In this document: positions 9,516 to 18,067 of the stretch, piece after piece
How the letters are laid out: each line of letters starts with the position of its first letter
How positions within the stretch are numbered: the stretch's first letter is position 1
Virus record (IMG/VR): IMGVR_UViG_3300042275_000805
DNA: 20,472 bases
DNA from: an uncultured virus (IMG/VR IMGVR_UViG_3300042275_000805)
Lineage: Duplodnaviria > Heunggongvirae > Uroviricota > Caudoviricetes
Strand: one strand, 5' to 3'
Program-made: the position numbers and the translations under genes
The notes under the pieces: model-generated
What the model saw: the letters and a program-made list of their open reading frames with translations, nothing else
The model's database searches: none
Told to the model about the DNA's origin: nothing

Positions 9516-11007
9516 TGTAGCGGCGCAGAAGATTATCACTCGATAATTGTTCGGATTTTGCCCGCTGACAAAACCTTTGACTCCTGATCATAGCACTGAA
9601 AACAGCAGATGGCGCGTACTGATCGCGCAAAATCGCATCGTTCTTTGGCAAGTGAATATAGGTTGTCATTTTGCATTCAAGCAGCCTGACGTGTCATTGT
9701 GATCTTGATCACCGGTAAATGTGCATCGTCTTTGAATCGGTTGCGTTGAATGCGGATGTGAGGATGGGAAGGCCAATCTGCTGCTCGGATTGGGATCGGC
9801 TCTTCGGGTTCAAAACCGTCCCACGCTTCATCGGGCGTTAAGCCATCAAGGGCATGGTGGTAACGTTTCTGGTTGTACCAAAGTTGGAAGCAATTCAATC
9901 TTATCTGCAAGTTCTGATGATTGGGCAGTAGCAATGTTGCTCGTTGCCAAATTCGTAGTGTTCGAAACAAGCGTTCGATCTTCCCGTTAAAATTTGGCAT
10001 GCGAACGGGGCCTCGAACATGTTTGATGCCCAACTCGTTCAAGCCATCTTTGAACTGCTTTTGAAATTCACCACCATGATCAGTGATCAATTGTCCAGGT
10101 GTTCCATAACGTGTTGCAGCCTTGCGAACCTGTCGAAGCAACTGCTGTGAATTGGGCCTTTTCCTGTAGACACGAAGACACAACAACCGTCGTGTCGCAC
10201 CGTCAAGGATGGCTGCAACGGTGTAGTGGCACCACAATATCTTCAAGCTCATTAAATCCATATGCCAGACATCATTGCGATTGTCGGGTGTCAGTAAGCC
10301 ATGTGGTTCAGCACCAACCGGCTGATTCATCGGCGGCCTACTTTTTCTGGCTTTTTTCGACGTTGGTGGTGGAGTTTCTCGCAGCATGCGTTGCACGGAT
10401 CGCCGACTGATCTGAATGCCAGCACGGATTAATTGCCGCGCGATAGTTCGTGTGCCCATCTCCGGTTCAGGACAAAGTCGCCGCATCTCATGTACTGCCC
10501 ACCGCACCGCATCATCAATCCGATTCCAACGAACCTTGGGAAACAATGCTCCTGACGAACCACCTTTCTCGGCCATTCGAATCCAATTGCGCACTGATTG
10601 CGGATGAAGCACAAATCGCTTGCAAACGATGGCAATACTCCAACCCCGCTGCCGCATCAATTGCACGATGGCCATGCGTTGCTCGGCTGAGTATTCAGGG
10701 CGTTTTCTGGAAATCAAGTTGGCTCGTTGCCCACGCAGGATTTCAAGCTCGCGTTTGAGCCACTCAACTTCGGTCAGTAACGCATCGCGTTCCACGATCA
10801 GATTCAGTGTCGAAGAGGCATTGTTTGCCAATCGACATCGTGCAAGCTGATAAGCCTGAGCAATGACGATGGTCACGGAATCTATGATTTTCAAGGTCGA
10901 CGCACAGGTGAACCAATGCATGGCAAACTTCCCTCCGGAATGTACCATGAATTGTATCGAATGGATGAGAGATTCTTAGTAGGCAGTGCGAAATTCACGG
11001 CCAAACA
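9516..11007 (-). mobile_element. IS-like element carrying an rve/DDE transposase; left end fairly clear, right end uncertain
   Basis: TGT terminus (TGTAGCGGCGCAGAA) at 9516, exactly where Rhs similarity ends. Only a weak partner end (TTCACGGCCAAACA, to 11007). No target duplication seen. Confidence 0.5.
9677..10921 (-). CDS. DDE-type integrase/transposase (rve integrase core, IS481/IS3-like) with N-terminal coiled coil and HTH
   Basis: Catalytic triad in WHMDLM, LITDHGGEF and NGKIERLFRT; WYNQKRYHHALDGLTPDE tail; HTH WSIAIVCKRFVLHPQSVRNWI. GGAGGG lies 9 nt before ATG 10921 (the track starts at 10948). Confidence 0.9.
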   Translation of the reverse strand: MHWFTCASTLKIIDSVTIVIAQAYQLARCRLANNASSTLNLIVERDALLTEVEWLKRELEILRGQRANLISRKRPEYSAEQRMAIVQLMRQRGWSIAIVCKRFVLHPQSVRNWIRMAEKGGSSGALFPKVRWNRIDDAVRWAVHEMRRLCPEPEMGTRTIARQLIRAGIQISRRSVQRMLRETPPPTSKKARKSRPPMNQPVGAEPHGLLTPDNRNDVWHMDLMSLKILWCHYTVAAILDGATRRLLCLRVYRKRPNSQQLLRQVRKAATRYGTPGQLITDHGGEFQKQFKDGLNELGIKHVRGPVRMPNFNGKIERLFRTLRIWQRATLLLPNHQNLQIRLNCFQLWYNQKRYHHALDGLTPDEAWDGFEPEEPIPIRAADWPSHPHIRIQRNRFKDDAHLPVIKITMTRQAA

Positions 11008-11084
11008 ATCGCTCCGGTTTTGACGTGATTGGGTTTTTATAAGTAAATCAATTTTTAATGAGTGTCTTCCGATTTTGCGCTTTA

Positions 11085-11090
11085 TATAAT
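11085..11090 (+). promoter_or_regulatory. Possible sigma70 -10 box for the 11113 gene
   Basis: Perfect TATAAT 22 nt upstream of the ATG in an AT-rich intergenic region; no good -35 box. Confidence 0.3.
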
Positions 11091-11112
11091 AGATGGTGAA
11101 ATCAGGTGACTC

Positions 11113-11457
11113 ATGAAAAAATCTAACAGAATCCCCAAGGATGATCAGTTCTCTGAGGGCGACATACGCCGCGCATTAACCAATATCTTTCATGTTTCAT
11201 GTGGGACGATTCCTCCGTTCCTGTGGGTTGGGGCAATTGAAAGGTTCATTGACGAGGAGGGGATTGAAATAACTGTACGAGAGGCAGTGCGTTCATTTAA
11301 TGAGGGAATGGAATCAATCGGGCAGTTTGACGAAGCGTTAGATGAAGATGCATATGCACAACGATTTATGGCCCAATCCTCAAACTCATCTGGCGAATTA
11401 GCTGAAGCACTTTTGAATGATCTATTGCCGCGTGCCAAGAAATGGTCCGGCACTTAA
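11113..11457 (+). CDS. Hypothetical protein (114 aa, acidic)
   Basis: ATG preceded by AGGTGA; AT-rich upstream region with TATAAT at 11085-11090. Confidence 0.65.
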   Translation: MKKSNRIPKDDQFSEGDIRRALTNIFHVSCGTIPPFLWVGAIERFIDEEGIEITVREAVRSFNEGMESIGQFDEALDEDAYAQRFMAQSSNSSGELAEALLNDLLPRAKKWSGT

Positions 11458-11555
11458 TCCAAGGCGAGTGCAACATGATCGCTTGCCATGGTTCAGCACG
11501 ATCTGGTTATAAGCGGTAAAATGGCACTTTCAATCGATGCCCATGGATCGTGCTC

Positions 11556-11783
11556 ATGCCCAAACCTAAGCGTAAACTCACAAAAGCCGAGAAAGCCCGA
11601 CGTAAAAAACGTCGTGAAGAGACCATGATCATCTTCGTCAACGGCAAGCAGAAACGCATCAAACGACCGCCAATCATCGATGGCATGGATGCCGACGAAT
11701 TTATCCGTCGCAATGCTGATCCGCTGTGGTATCACCAAAATGAGATGTGGGAATGCATCGATAAGGATAACGACGGGCTGTGA
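11556..11783 (+). CDS. Small conserved hypothetical protein (basic N-terminus, NGKQ...IDGMDxDEFIRRNADPxWxHQNEMWE)
   Basis: Resembles, from memory, a widespread ~70-aa uncharacterised family found in mobile contexts. ATG at 11556 (the track uses GTG 11550). Confidence 0.7.
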   Translation: MPKPKRKLTKAEKARRKKRREETMIIFVNGKQKRIKRPPIIDGMDADEFIRRNADPLWYHQNEMWECIDKDNDGL

Positions 11784-11882
11784 TTAACCACTGTATGATT
11801 TCATAAAAAGCTAGGGTTGTATGTGCACTTATCAATTGACAGTGGAGTGACTCGAGTAAAACATTGTAGTCAGACCATGGCA

Positions 11883-12551
11883 TCAATTCCATAAGGGATC
11901 AGGCAATCGATCTTCGGGGAAAGAATACCAAATGTGCCACTTGCTATCGGGAATCGGTAGAAAACCGACTTGCTTCCAGTGTTTGGCCAGTTTGGCATGA
12001 GCCTGTTCATATGAACATTGGAACTGATCATACTGCATCTTCTGGCTCCAATCGTCCTCCCATTCTCTGACTTGCGGATTCATCGGCGCTGGACAAGTAA
12101 CCGTCAAGCCATCGGCAATATGATGGGCCTTTAGGAATTTACGCATGGCTTGAAGACCAATGCCCTTGCCACGAAACTCCGGCAGGATTTCGACCGAGTG
12201 AATGTACAGCATATTCCGCATCAAGAAAGTATCTTTGACCCGTTCAGAAACCTTCAATTTAAATTCGTCCAGTTCGGGATCAAAGACCTCTTCATAAATC
12301 TCACATGCCTCTTGTGAATCGGCATCCAGCAAATCCCAAACTGATGTGCGGCCAGTGATGACGCTTTCCAACCAATACTGGATGGCTTTTATGCGTCCCA
12401 CCTGAATACGCTCCACAACCTCACCTGAGTCATCATATTGGACACGTTCAAGACTGCCTTCAATTTTGATGCGGTAGTCCAGCTCATCCGAGAACGATTG
12501 GACAGTCCGTGTGATCATTTCGTAATCGTAGTCATCATCTTGATTGTACAT
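11883..12551 (-). CDS. GNAT-fold (acetyltransferase-like) hypothetical protein
   Basis: Motif A-like LYIHSVEILPEFRGKGIG and a C-terminal HWKQVGF (YxxxGF-like); RBS AAGGGGG upstream. Confidence 0.7.
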   Translation of the reverse strand: MYNQDDDYDYEMITRTVQSFSDELDYRIKIEGSLERVQYDDSGEVVERIQVGRIKAIQYWLESVITGRTSVWDLLDADSQEACEIYEEVFDPELDEFKLKVSERVKDTFLMRNMLYIHSVEILPEFRGKGIGLQAMRKFLKAHHIADGLTVTCPAPMNPQVREWEDDWSQKMQYDQFQCSYEQAHAKLAKHWKQVGFLPIPDSKWHIWYSFPEDRLPDPLWN

Positions 12552-12595
12552 CAGTGAATTCCCCCTTGATTAATAGAACATGTAACTCAGGATTG

Positions 12596-12955
12596 TCATG
12601 ATACCTTCTTGACCAACCATCGCCACCAGACACGTGGCAGTCCTGCCCAACCGGCGCGGTTCATGGTGGCCATGCGGGATTTGCAACTGGTGCATGGACG
12701 CACCAAGCCGAAGGTGGTGACCTGAATGAACATGGAAAGCCATGTGCCGGGCGGCAGAATGCGACTGGACTTTGGTATTGGTAAGTCAGTCCACTTGCCC
12801 AATGGACACTTGGATGAAGGCAACTGAGTACGGGATTTCAGATCGACACCGTCAATGGCACAATTGCATTTGCGATCCGGATGGGACAGGCAGCTAACTG
12901 CGTGTTCGCATTGACGGCAGATGGATCGGCGCTTGTTGATGAAGTCGGTGGGCAT
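12596..12955 (-). CDS. Cys-rich phage protein (CxxC...CxC...CPLGKW plus PCxxC domain)
   Basis: RRSICRQCEH...KCNC...KCPLGKW and VRPCTSCKSRMATMN; RBS AAGGA upstream. Confidence 0.75.
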   Translation of the reverse strand: MPTDFINKRRSICRQCEHAVSCLSHPDRKCNCAIDGVDLKSRTQLPSSKCPLGKWTDLPIPKSSRILPPGTWLSMFIQVTTFGLVRPCTSCKSRMATMNRAGWAGLPRVWWRWLVKKVS

Positions 12956-12988
12956 GGTAATTCCTTGAATGATGAGTGAACGTGAGGC

Positions 12989-13756
12989 TTAAATTCCGGG
13001 GCTTCCGGGGGTGCAACTGCCATCACCGTTGGAATCGCCGACGAAGCAATTGCCTTGTTCGTCCATACAACTCGTTTCATCGAGAACTTCGATTTGCAGT
13101 TGGACGCGAGCGGGGTTGTCGTAAATATTCCAGATGTTGGTGCAGATGCTGTGATTGTGCAGTTCGTCACTGAGGATCGATGCGCTGCGGCAACTTCCGG
13201 GGGCTGACGGGATGCAGGCGGCGAAGATGCGGCCGCAGGTGTCATCTGAATCTTCGTTGGCATAACCGTCGACTGTGACGTACCAACGCGTGGTGCCATC
13301 GCCATCGCAACCTGCGAGCACCATGGCGTTGACATAACTGCTACAAGTCGCCCCCGGAAGTTCGATGCCGTATCCCTGCCAGCGCGGGCCGGTGATGGTG
13401 TCGCTTTCGCAGTTGGGTTGAGGGTGACCACCGATCATGCCGGAGTGACCGCAGCCCGGACAGTATGGTGGATTCCATGCACCGCAACTAAATGGAATCT
13501 CAATGGTGTTACCCATGAAGGCAGGATCGGTGCAGCAGCAACGTTCGTGGGTATTGCCATAATCAATCAATTGCCATGTGATTCGGATGCGTGATTGATT
13601 GGTGAAGCAGCACGGGCCACAGGCACACGCGTTGGCCAACACGGGTTCCTGGCCGCAGCATTTGCCGCAGATCATAAAGAGCCCATCTTCCGTTAAACCC
13701 AATTCGCCTGAGCCAGATTTGAGCGGGTCGAGATCAAATTCGCCATCACTCCCCAT
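12989..13756 (-). CDS. Cys-rich putative tail-tip/receptor-binding protein (255 aa, ~23 Cys)
   Basis: ATG 13756 has GGAGG 9 nt upstream and overlaps the previous stop (the track start of 13885 is too long). CC and CCC clusters. Occupies the distal position of the tail operon. Confidence 0.7.
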   Translation of the reverse strand: MGSDGEFDLDPLKSGSGELGLTEDGLFMICGKCCGQEPVLANACACGPCCFTNQSRIRITWQLIDYGNTHERCCCTDPAFMGNTIEIPFSCGAWNPPYCPGCGHSGMIGGHPQPNCESDTITGPRWQGYGIELPGATCSSYVNAMVLAGCDGDGTTRWYVTVDGYANEDSDDTCGRIFAACIPSAPGSCRSASILSDELHNHSICTNIWNIYDNPARVQLQIEVLDETSCMDEQGNCFVGDSNGDGSCTPGSPGI

Positions 13757-14654
13757 CGTCACATACCTCCACAGCCAAAGTCTCATTGGCGTCATACAGA
13801 ATGAATTCACGTGACCCGTCATAGGGATTGGTGACGTAATAACCGGTGCCGATGATGCCATCGCCGGTTGCTGGCGCAGTAACAAGTTTGCCTGCTGCGG
13901 GCCGTTGCTTGAGGGGCGTCATTTCTTCACCGAGAATCGTGCCATCTTCTTCTTCGTCGTAGGCATCGATGGTTTTGACAAAGTAGGTGCGATCACATTG
14001 CGTGGTGGCATCGCCATCGGTGATGCCACCATCCTGCCAGACTTTGCAGGGAATGAGTGTCGTGGTATCCACCAGGCTGGGGACACCGAGTTTGACGATA
14101 GCCCAACACGGTTCACCGATGGAAACTTCGGGTTGACTCCAGAGAATCTGTGTACTGCCGGTGGCTGACGATGTCATGATCGCCGGGAAGCCCACGGGCG
14201 CTTTGGCAAATTGATGAGTTTCATCGGTGATGATGATGCGAACCTGACACACACCTTGGATCATCGCCCGACCAACCTGACCGGCACGGATCGGTTCAAG
14301 CAGAATGGCATGTTTGTCCATGGCCACATGTGTATCAAGCTCGGGGAACACACCGCTGAAGACGATCTGATCGACAAAGCTTCCTTCCAGATCCATGATC
14401 GTCTGCGGCTCGTGAACCGAGTCCTCGATGCCGAGGATGAAGTAACGCCAACAATCCATCGGCGAATCATTCTTCACCCAAATGACACCACCTTGCCCCC
14501 GGCCCCCGGACGCGTTTGCCGACTGCATGGATTGCTCAAGTTTCTGGCGCGGTTTGATGCGTTGCTGAAAATCCGTCGCCGCATCGATGAACGCGTTGTA
14601 TGTGTTGGCCGGGATCACCAGAGGATCGCCGGTACTGACTTTTTTCAATGTCAT
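13746..14654 (-). CDS. Phage minor tail/tail-tip protein (302 aa)
   Basis: GGAGG RBS; second gene after the tape measure; N-terminus KKVxxGDPLxIPAxTYNAFIDAA resembles planctomycete prophage tail proteins (recall, not searched). Confidence 0.7.
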   Translation of the reverse strand: MTLKKVSTGDPLVIPANTYNAFIDAATDFQQRIKPRQKLEQSMQSANASGGRGQGGVIWVKNDSPMDCWRYFILGIEDSVHEPQTIMDLEGSFVDQIVFSGVFPELDTHVAMDKHAILLEPIRAGQVGRAMIQGVCQVRIIITDETHQFAKAPVGFPAIMTSSATGSTQILWSQPEVSIGEPCWAIVKLGVPSLVDTTTLIPCKVWQDGGITDGDATTQCDRTYFVKTIDAYDEEEDGTILGEEMTPLKQRPAAGKLVTAPATGDGIIGTGYYVTNPYDGSREFILYDANETLAVEVCDDGE

Positions 14655-14666
14655 GCTAAACCTCCA

Positions 14667-15533
14667 TCAAGAACCAATGTCCAGCAAACCAAAGTCGGCA
14701 TCTTCATAGACTTGTTCGACGTAGGCTGCGACCGGGCGTTTGACCATGGCCATCGCATCCATGTCCTCGACGTCGGCGTAACGTACCCAGAGGTACTCCC
14801 AACCCTTCTTGGCAATGCCACTGATGCTGCCGATGGTGATGCCGGTTTTGTTGGGCGATGCGGCGAACCTGAAAGTGATCTCCCAATCACCTGTCGTCTC
14901 TGTGTCAGTCTCAGTACCGTGCAATGTGCCGGATGCACCAAGGAACAAACACTCACCCGCAGCCAACCCACGGAACCCCCCGGAATTGACCTTGCCAGTG
15001 AGTTGGAACAGCGTGCCCTTGTATTCCGGCGTGACTTGTTCAACCGTCAGGTAATGGGTTTCGCTGAAGTTGTAGATGGGAACCGTGATGTCCACGCCCT
15101 GGACTTCGGCATTGCCATTGGTGTTGGACACGCCGATCGCACCATGGAAGTCAGGCGCAGATGGAATCGATGAATCGGCATACGAACCCACGGTGTTCAA
15201 CGACTGGGTGATATGCTGTGTGCCACCCATGGTGTCAAAGCTGTACGTATACTCGCCACTACCAGGCTCAGGCCCCCCGCCCCCGGAAGTTGAAGACGAT
15301 GAAGAAGCTTCGGCGTAACGCACGGATGCATCCCAATACTCTTCGCTGATCGGCTCGATCTGTACGGATTGCATAGGCAGACCGTCGTAGGTTTCAGGTG
15401 CAAAACTCTCGACAGCAGACTTGATCGCAAGATCGTCATCGCTGCCACTGGCAATGTAAGTCAGCGTCACCTGGGCATTGCTACCCGTGGTGCTTTGCCG
15501 ACTGTCATATTTTTCTGCAACGGTGATGGGCAT
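14667..15533 (-). CDS. Phage tail protein immediately after the tape measure (distal tail/hub-like, 288 aa)
   Basis: Synteny; beta-rich, acidic composition; KKGWEYLWVRY motif. Confidence 0.75.
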   Translation of the reverse strand: MPITVAEKYDSRQSTTGSNAQVTLTYIASGSDDDLAIKSAVESFAPETYDGLPMQSVQIEPISEEYWDASVRYAEASSSSSTSGGGGPEPGSGEYTYSFDTMGGTQHITQSLNTVGSYADSSIPSAPDFHGAIGVSNTNGNAEVQGVDITVPIYNFSETHYLTVEQVTPEYKGTLFQLTGKVNSGGFRGLAAGECLFLGASGTLHGTETDTETTGDWEITFRFAASPNKTGITIGSISGIAKKGWEYLWVRYADVEDMDAMAMVKRPVAAYVEQVYEDADFGLLDIGS

Positions 15534-15556
15534 AAGGTTTTCAACTTCCGGGGGGA

Positions 15557-17926
15557 TTAAGCAAATGAGAGCGACGATGATCCACCGCCACCGTTCTGCA
15601 CTTCGTTGTAGAGTTTCTTGACGTAACGCGCGGTGTCTTCACTGGCAGCAGCAGTACGTTGAGCAATCGACTGATTCGTCATGAGTCCCTGTAAGGCTGC
15701 GGAATTGAACGTGCCGCGTGATTGCTGATTGGGACTCAGCGAACCGATCTGCCCACCGAGTTCGGCGAGTTTCTTCTTGAGGGTGTCGATCAAGTTGTCA
15801 GGTGTCGAAGGTGAATCACCAGATTGATTTGCTTCCGGGGGTTTGTTCTTGGCAGCCTGCTGTAATAAATGTTGGTATTCAGCACGGGTCTTTTCCAGAT
15901 CGTTCAACGCAGTGGCCATCTGTTTTTCGTACTGGGTTTGACGACTCTTGTTACCTGCTTTCTGTTCTTGATCGATGAGATTCTGTTGGGTTTGGCGTTC
16001 GTGGTCGATGCGTGCCAGGTCTGAATCGTATTGTTGTTTGTTTTCAGCCAACGCCGCATCACGTTGCCTGGTGATATTGGCTTTATCAGCGTTGGCATTG
16101 GTGCGGGCAATGTTGATCGCCATGTCGACGTTGTAGTCTTTGTCGAACAGGCCGATCAGATGATGCATCCCTTCCTCGACCTTGAGTTGGGCAGATCGGA
16201 ACGTGGACTGCAAACCCGCTGTCATCGTTGTCCAGGCGTCGGAGAGGAATGTTGTGGTTTGAACCCACAGGATGCGCAGGCCGTGCCAGGCATCGACGAG
16301 CACCTTGGTCACCTTATAGAAGGTTTGGCTGGCCACATTGACGATGGTGTACTTGAAGCTGTACCACAGGGATTCAACTTGATAGATGCCGCGTTGCCAT
16401 TCGACTTTGAGTGCCTGCCAGAGAACCTTGGCAGCAAGACTCAGATCACCAGAAGCCAACGCATCGCGGATGCCATGCCAGGCCACCAACGCACGATCCT
16501 TCAGATCATTGAATCGATCACTGAGCCAGTTGAGTGTCTTGGATGCAATATCCGTCATGCTCAATATGGCAATGCCAATGCCTGCCGCAGCGACGATCAC
16601 CAAGCCCATGGGTGAGAGCAATGCACCCAGTACCGTGAGTAGCGTGCCAATCACACCCACGCTGCCGGTGATAATGCCCGACAAGCCACCGAAGATAAAC
16701 GCCACCGCCTGAGCCGCGACGCCGGTGGTCATCAGGATCACACCCACGGCAGAGATTCCGGCAATCACCAACGCAGCGGAGCGCACCAGAGACTGGTTCT
16801 TGCTGAGCAGATCAATCACCACGCCTGCATATCTGGACACAATGGCTGCTGCTTTTGCCACGGGTTCACTCAGAGCTTCGCCCATGATGCCCAGTACAAT
16901 GATGCCTGCTTGCTTGATACGGTTAAAGGCGTGCGTCAAGGTTTTGCTGAGTTTGGCATAGGCTTTGTCAGCCAAGCCCGCGCGACTTTGCATCGCATCC
17001 AGGTCAGACTCAAAACCCTTGAGGTTGTTCAGAGCCGGGACGATACCACGCAGGGCAGCCGAGTCGGGGAACAACTTAGCCAACACATCGGGCGGTAGTT
17101 TGGCGAGTTTTTCCATGACGCCATGCAAGCCCTCGGTCTTGAGCGTCGTGGTATTCATCTCAAAGCCAAGTTGTTTGGCCAGGGCTGTGGCCTCGCTACT
17201 TGGCTTGAGAAAGCTGCGCAGAATACCATTGACCGAATCGATGGCCGTGGTGGTGCGCAGGCCATTGCGTGTGAGTGTGGCGATCATCGCGCCCAGTTCA
17301 TCCAGTGGTAATCCCGCGCTGGCAGCCGTCGAAGCCACCATGCCGATCTGGGGTGCCAGTTCAGCAAACGTCGTTTTGCCACGTTGCACAATACCGAACA
17401 ACCAGTCTGAGACATCACCAGCTTGTTCAGCAGCCAGGCCATAACTGTTCAGCACCGTGGTAATGGCGTCGGCTGCGGTGCGTGTATCCGTCAAACCCGC
17501 CTTGGCAGACTTGGCGGCAACACCCAACACATCCAGCGCTTTAGCTGGAGCAATCGAAGCTGACAGGATGTCATACAAACCACCGGACAAGGCTTCGGTG
17601 GATTCGCCAAATCTCACCGCCATTTTGCGGATGCCCTTGGTGAAGCTGTCCATATACTTCTCGGCATCAGAGTCTGAGAGCATGGTGGCGACGGTGGCCA
17701 TCTGCTGCTGAAAATCCGCATAGATTTTCAGGCCCGAAAGCAGAGGCACCGCCGCCACCGCCGACACGGCAGTCAGTCGCTTACCGATCTCGCCCACAGA
17801 TTTACCGAAGGCTTTAACGCGCTTCTGGGCCTTGTCGAGTCCACGCACCAGCTTGCTGTCCTGTGTGGTCAGTTCAATGTACGCAGCCCCGGCACGAATG
17901 TTCCGACTGTTGGCGATACCAGCCAT
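15557..17926 (-). CDS. Phage tail tape measure protein (TP901-like core)
   Basis: 789 aa, Ala/Leu-rich helical. N-terminal AGAAYIEL; TMP core (GLYDILSA, GKTTFAELA); central hydrophobic Gly-rich segment; periodic Trp residues; GGGAG RBS. Confidence 0.93.
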   Translation of the reverse strand: MAGIANSRNIRAGAAYIELTTQDSKLVRGLDKAQKRVKAFGKSVGEIGKRLTAVSAVAAVPLLSGLKIYADFQQQMATVATMLSDSDAEKYMDSFTKGIRKMAVRFGESTEALSGGLYDILSASIAPAKALDVLGVAAKSAKAGLTDTRTAADAITTVLNSYGLAAEQAGDVSDWLFGIVQRGKTTFAELAPQIGMVASTAASAGLPLDELGAMIATLTRNGLRTTTAIDSVNGILRSFLKPSSEATALAKQLGFEMNTTTLKTEGLHGVMEKLAKLPPDVLAKLFPDSAALRGIVPALNNLKGFESDLDAMQSRAGLADKAYAKLSKTLTHAFNRIKQAGIIVLGIMGEALSEPVAKAAAIVSRYAGVVIDLLSKNQSLVRSAALVIAGISAVGVILMTTGVAAQAVAFIFGGLSGIITGSVGVIGTLLTVLGALLSPMGLVIVAAAGIGIAILSMTDIASKTLNWLSDRFNDLKDRALVAWHGIRDALASGDLSLAAKVLWQALKVEWQRGIYQVESLWYSFKYTIVNVASQTFYKVTKVLVDAWHGLRILWVQTTTFLSDAWTTMTAGLQSTFRSAQLKVEEGMHHLIGLFDKDYNVDMAINIARTNANADKANITRQRDAALAENKQQYDSDLARIDHERQTQQNLIDQEQKAGNKSRQTQYEKQMATALNDLEKTRAEYQHLLQQAAKNKPPEANQSGDSPSTPDNLIDTLKKKLAELGGQIGSLSPNQQSRGTFNSAALQGLMTNQSIAQRTAAASEDTARYVKKLYNEVQNGGGGSSSLSFA

Positions 17927-17950
17927 TGCGACTCCCGTTTACAAGGCAAT

Positions 17951-18056
17951 TAACCACAGATAAACACAGATGAACACAGATAAGAATTAAGCCACGAATC
18001 ACAGCAACACATCAAAAAAACATCTGCGTTTATCTGTGTGATTTCCGGGGGTGTGG
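17951..18056. repeat. Intergenic palindromic decamer repeat element (REP-like)
   Basis: Left arm TAACCACAGA-TAAACACAGA-TGAACACAGA-T (17951-17981); inverted arm ATCTGCGTTT-ATCTGTGTG (18022-18040), then AT...TGTGG. Confidence 0.8.
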
Positions 18057-18067
18057 CAAAAATGTCT

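Noticed and set aside
11781..11882. Integron attC site after the small conserved gene
   Set aside because: Only a short CCACTGT/ACAGTGG inverted pair; no proper RYYYAAC/GTTRRRY boxes and no integron integrase.
11000..12600. Prophage att site or integrase
   Set aside because: No tyrosine or serine recombinase, tRNA or direct repeat is visible; the boundary cannot be placed from this window.
14211..15173. 320-aa plus-strand ORF and other antisense ORFs over the tail genes
   Set aside because: Antisense to well-supported phage genes, with no RBS or recognisable motifs.
17951..18056. CRISPR array
   Set aside because: The 10-nt tandem units have no spacers and form an inverted pair; there are no cas genes.
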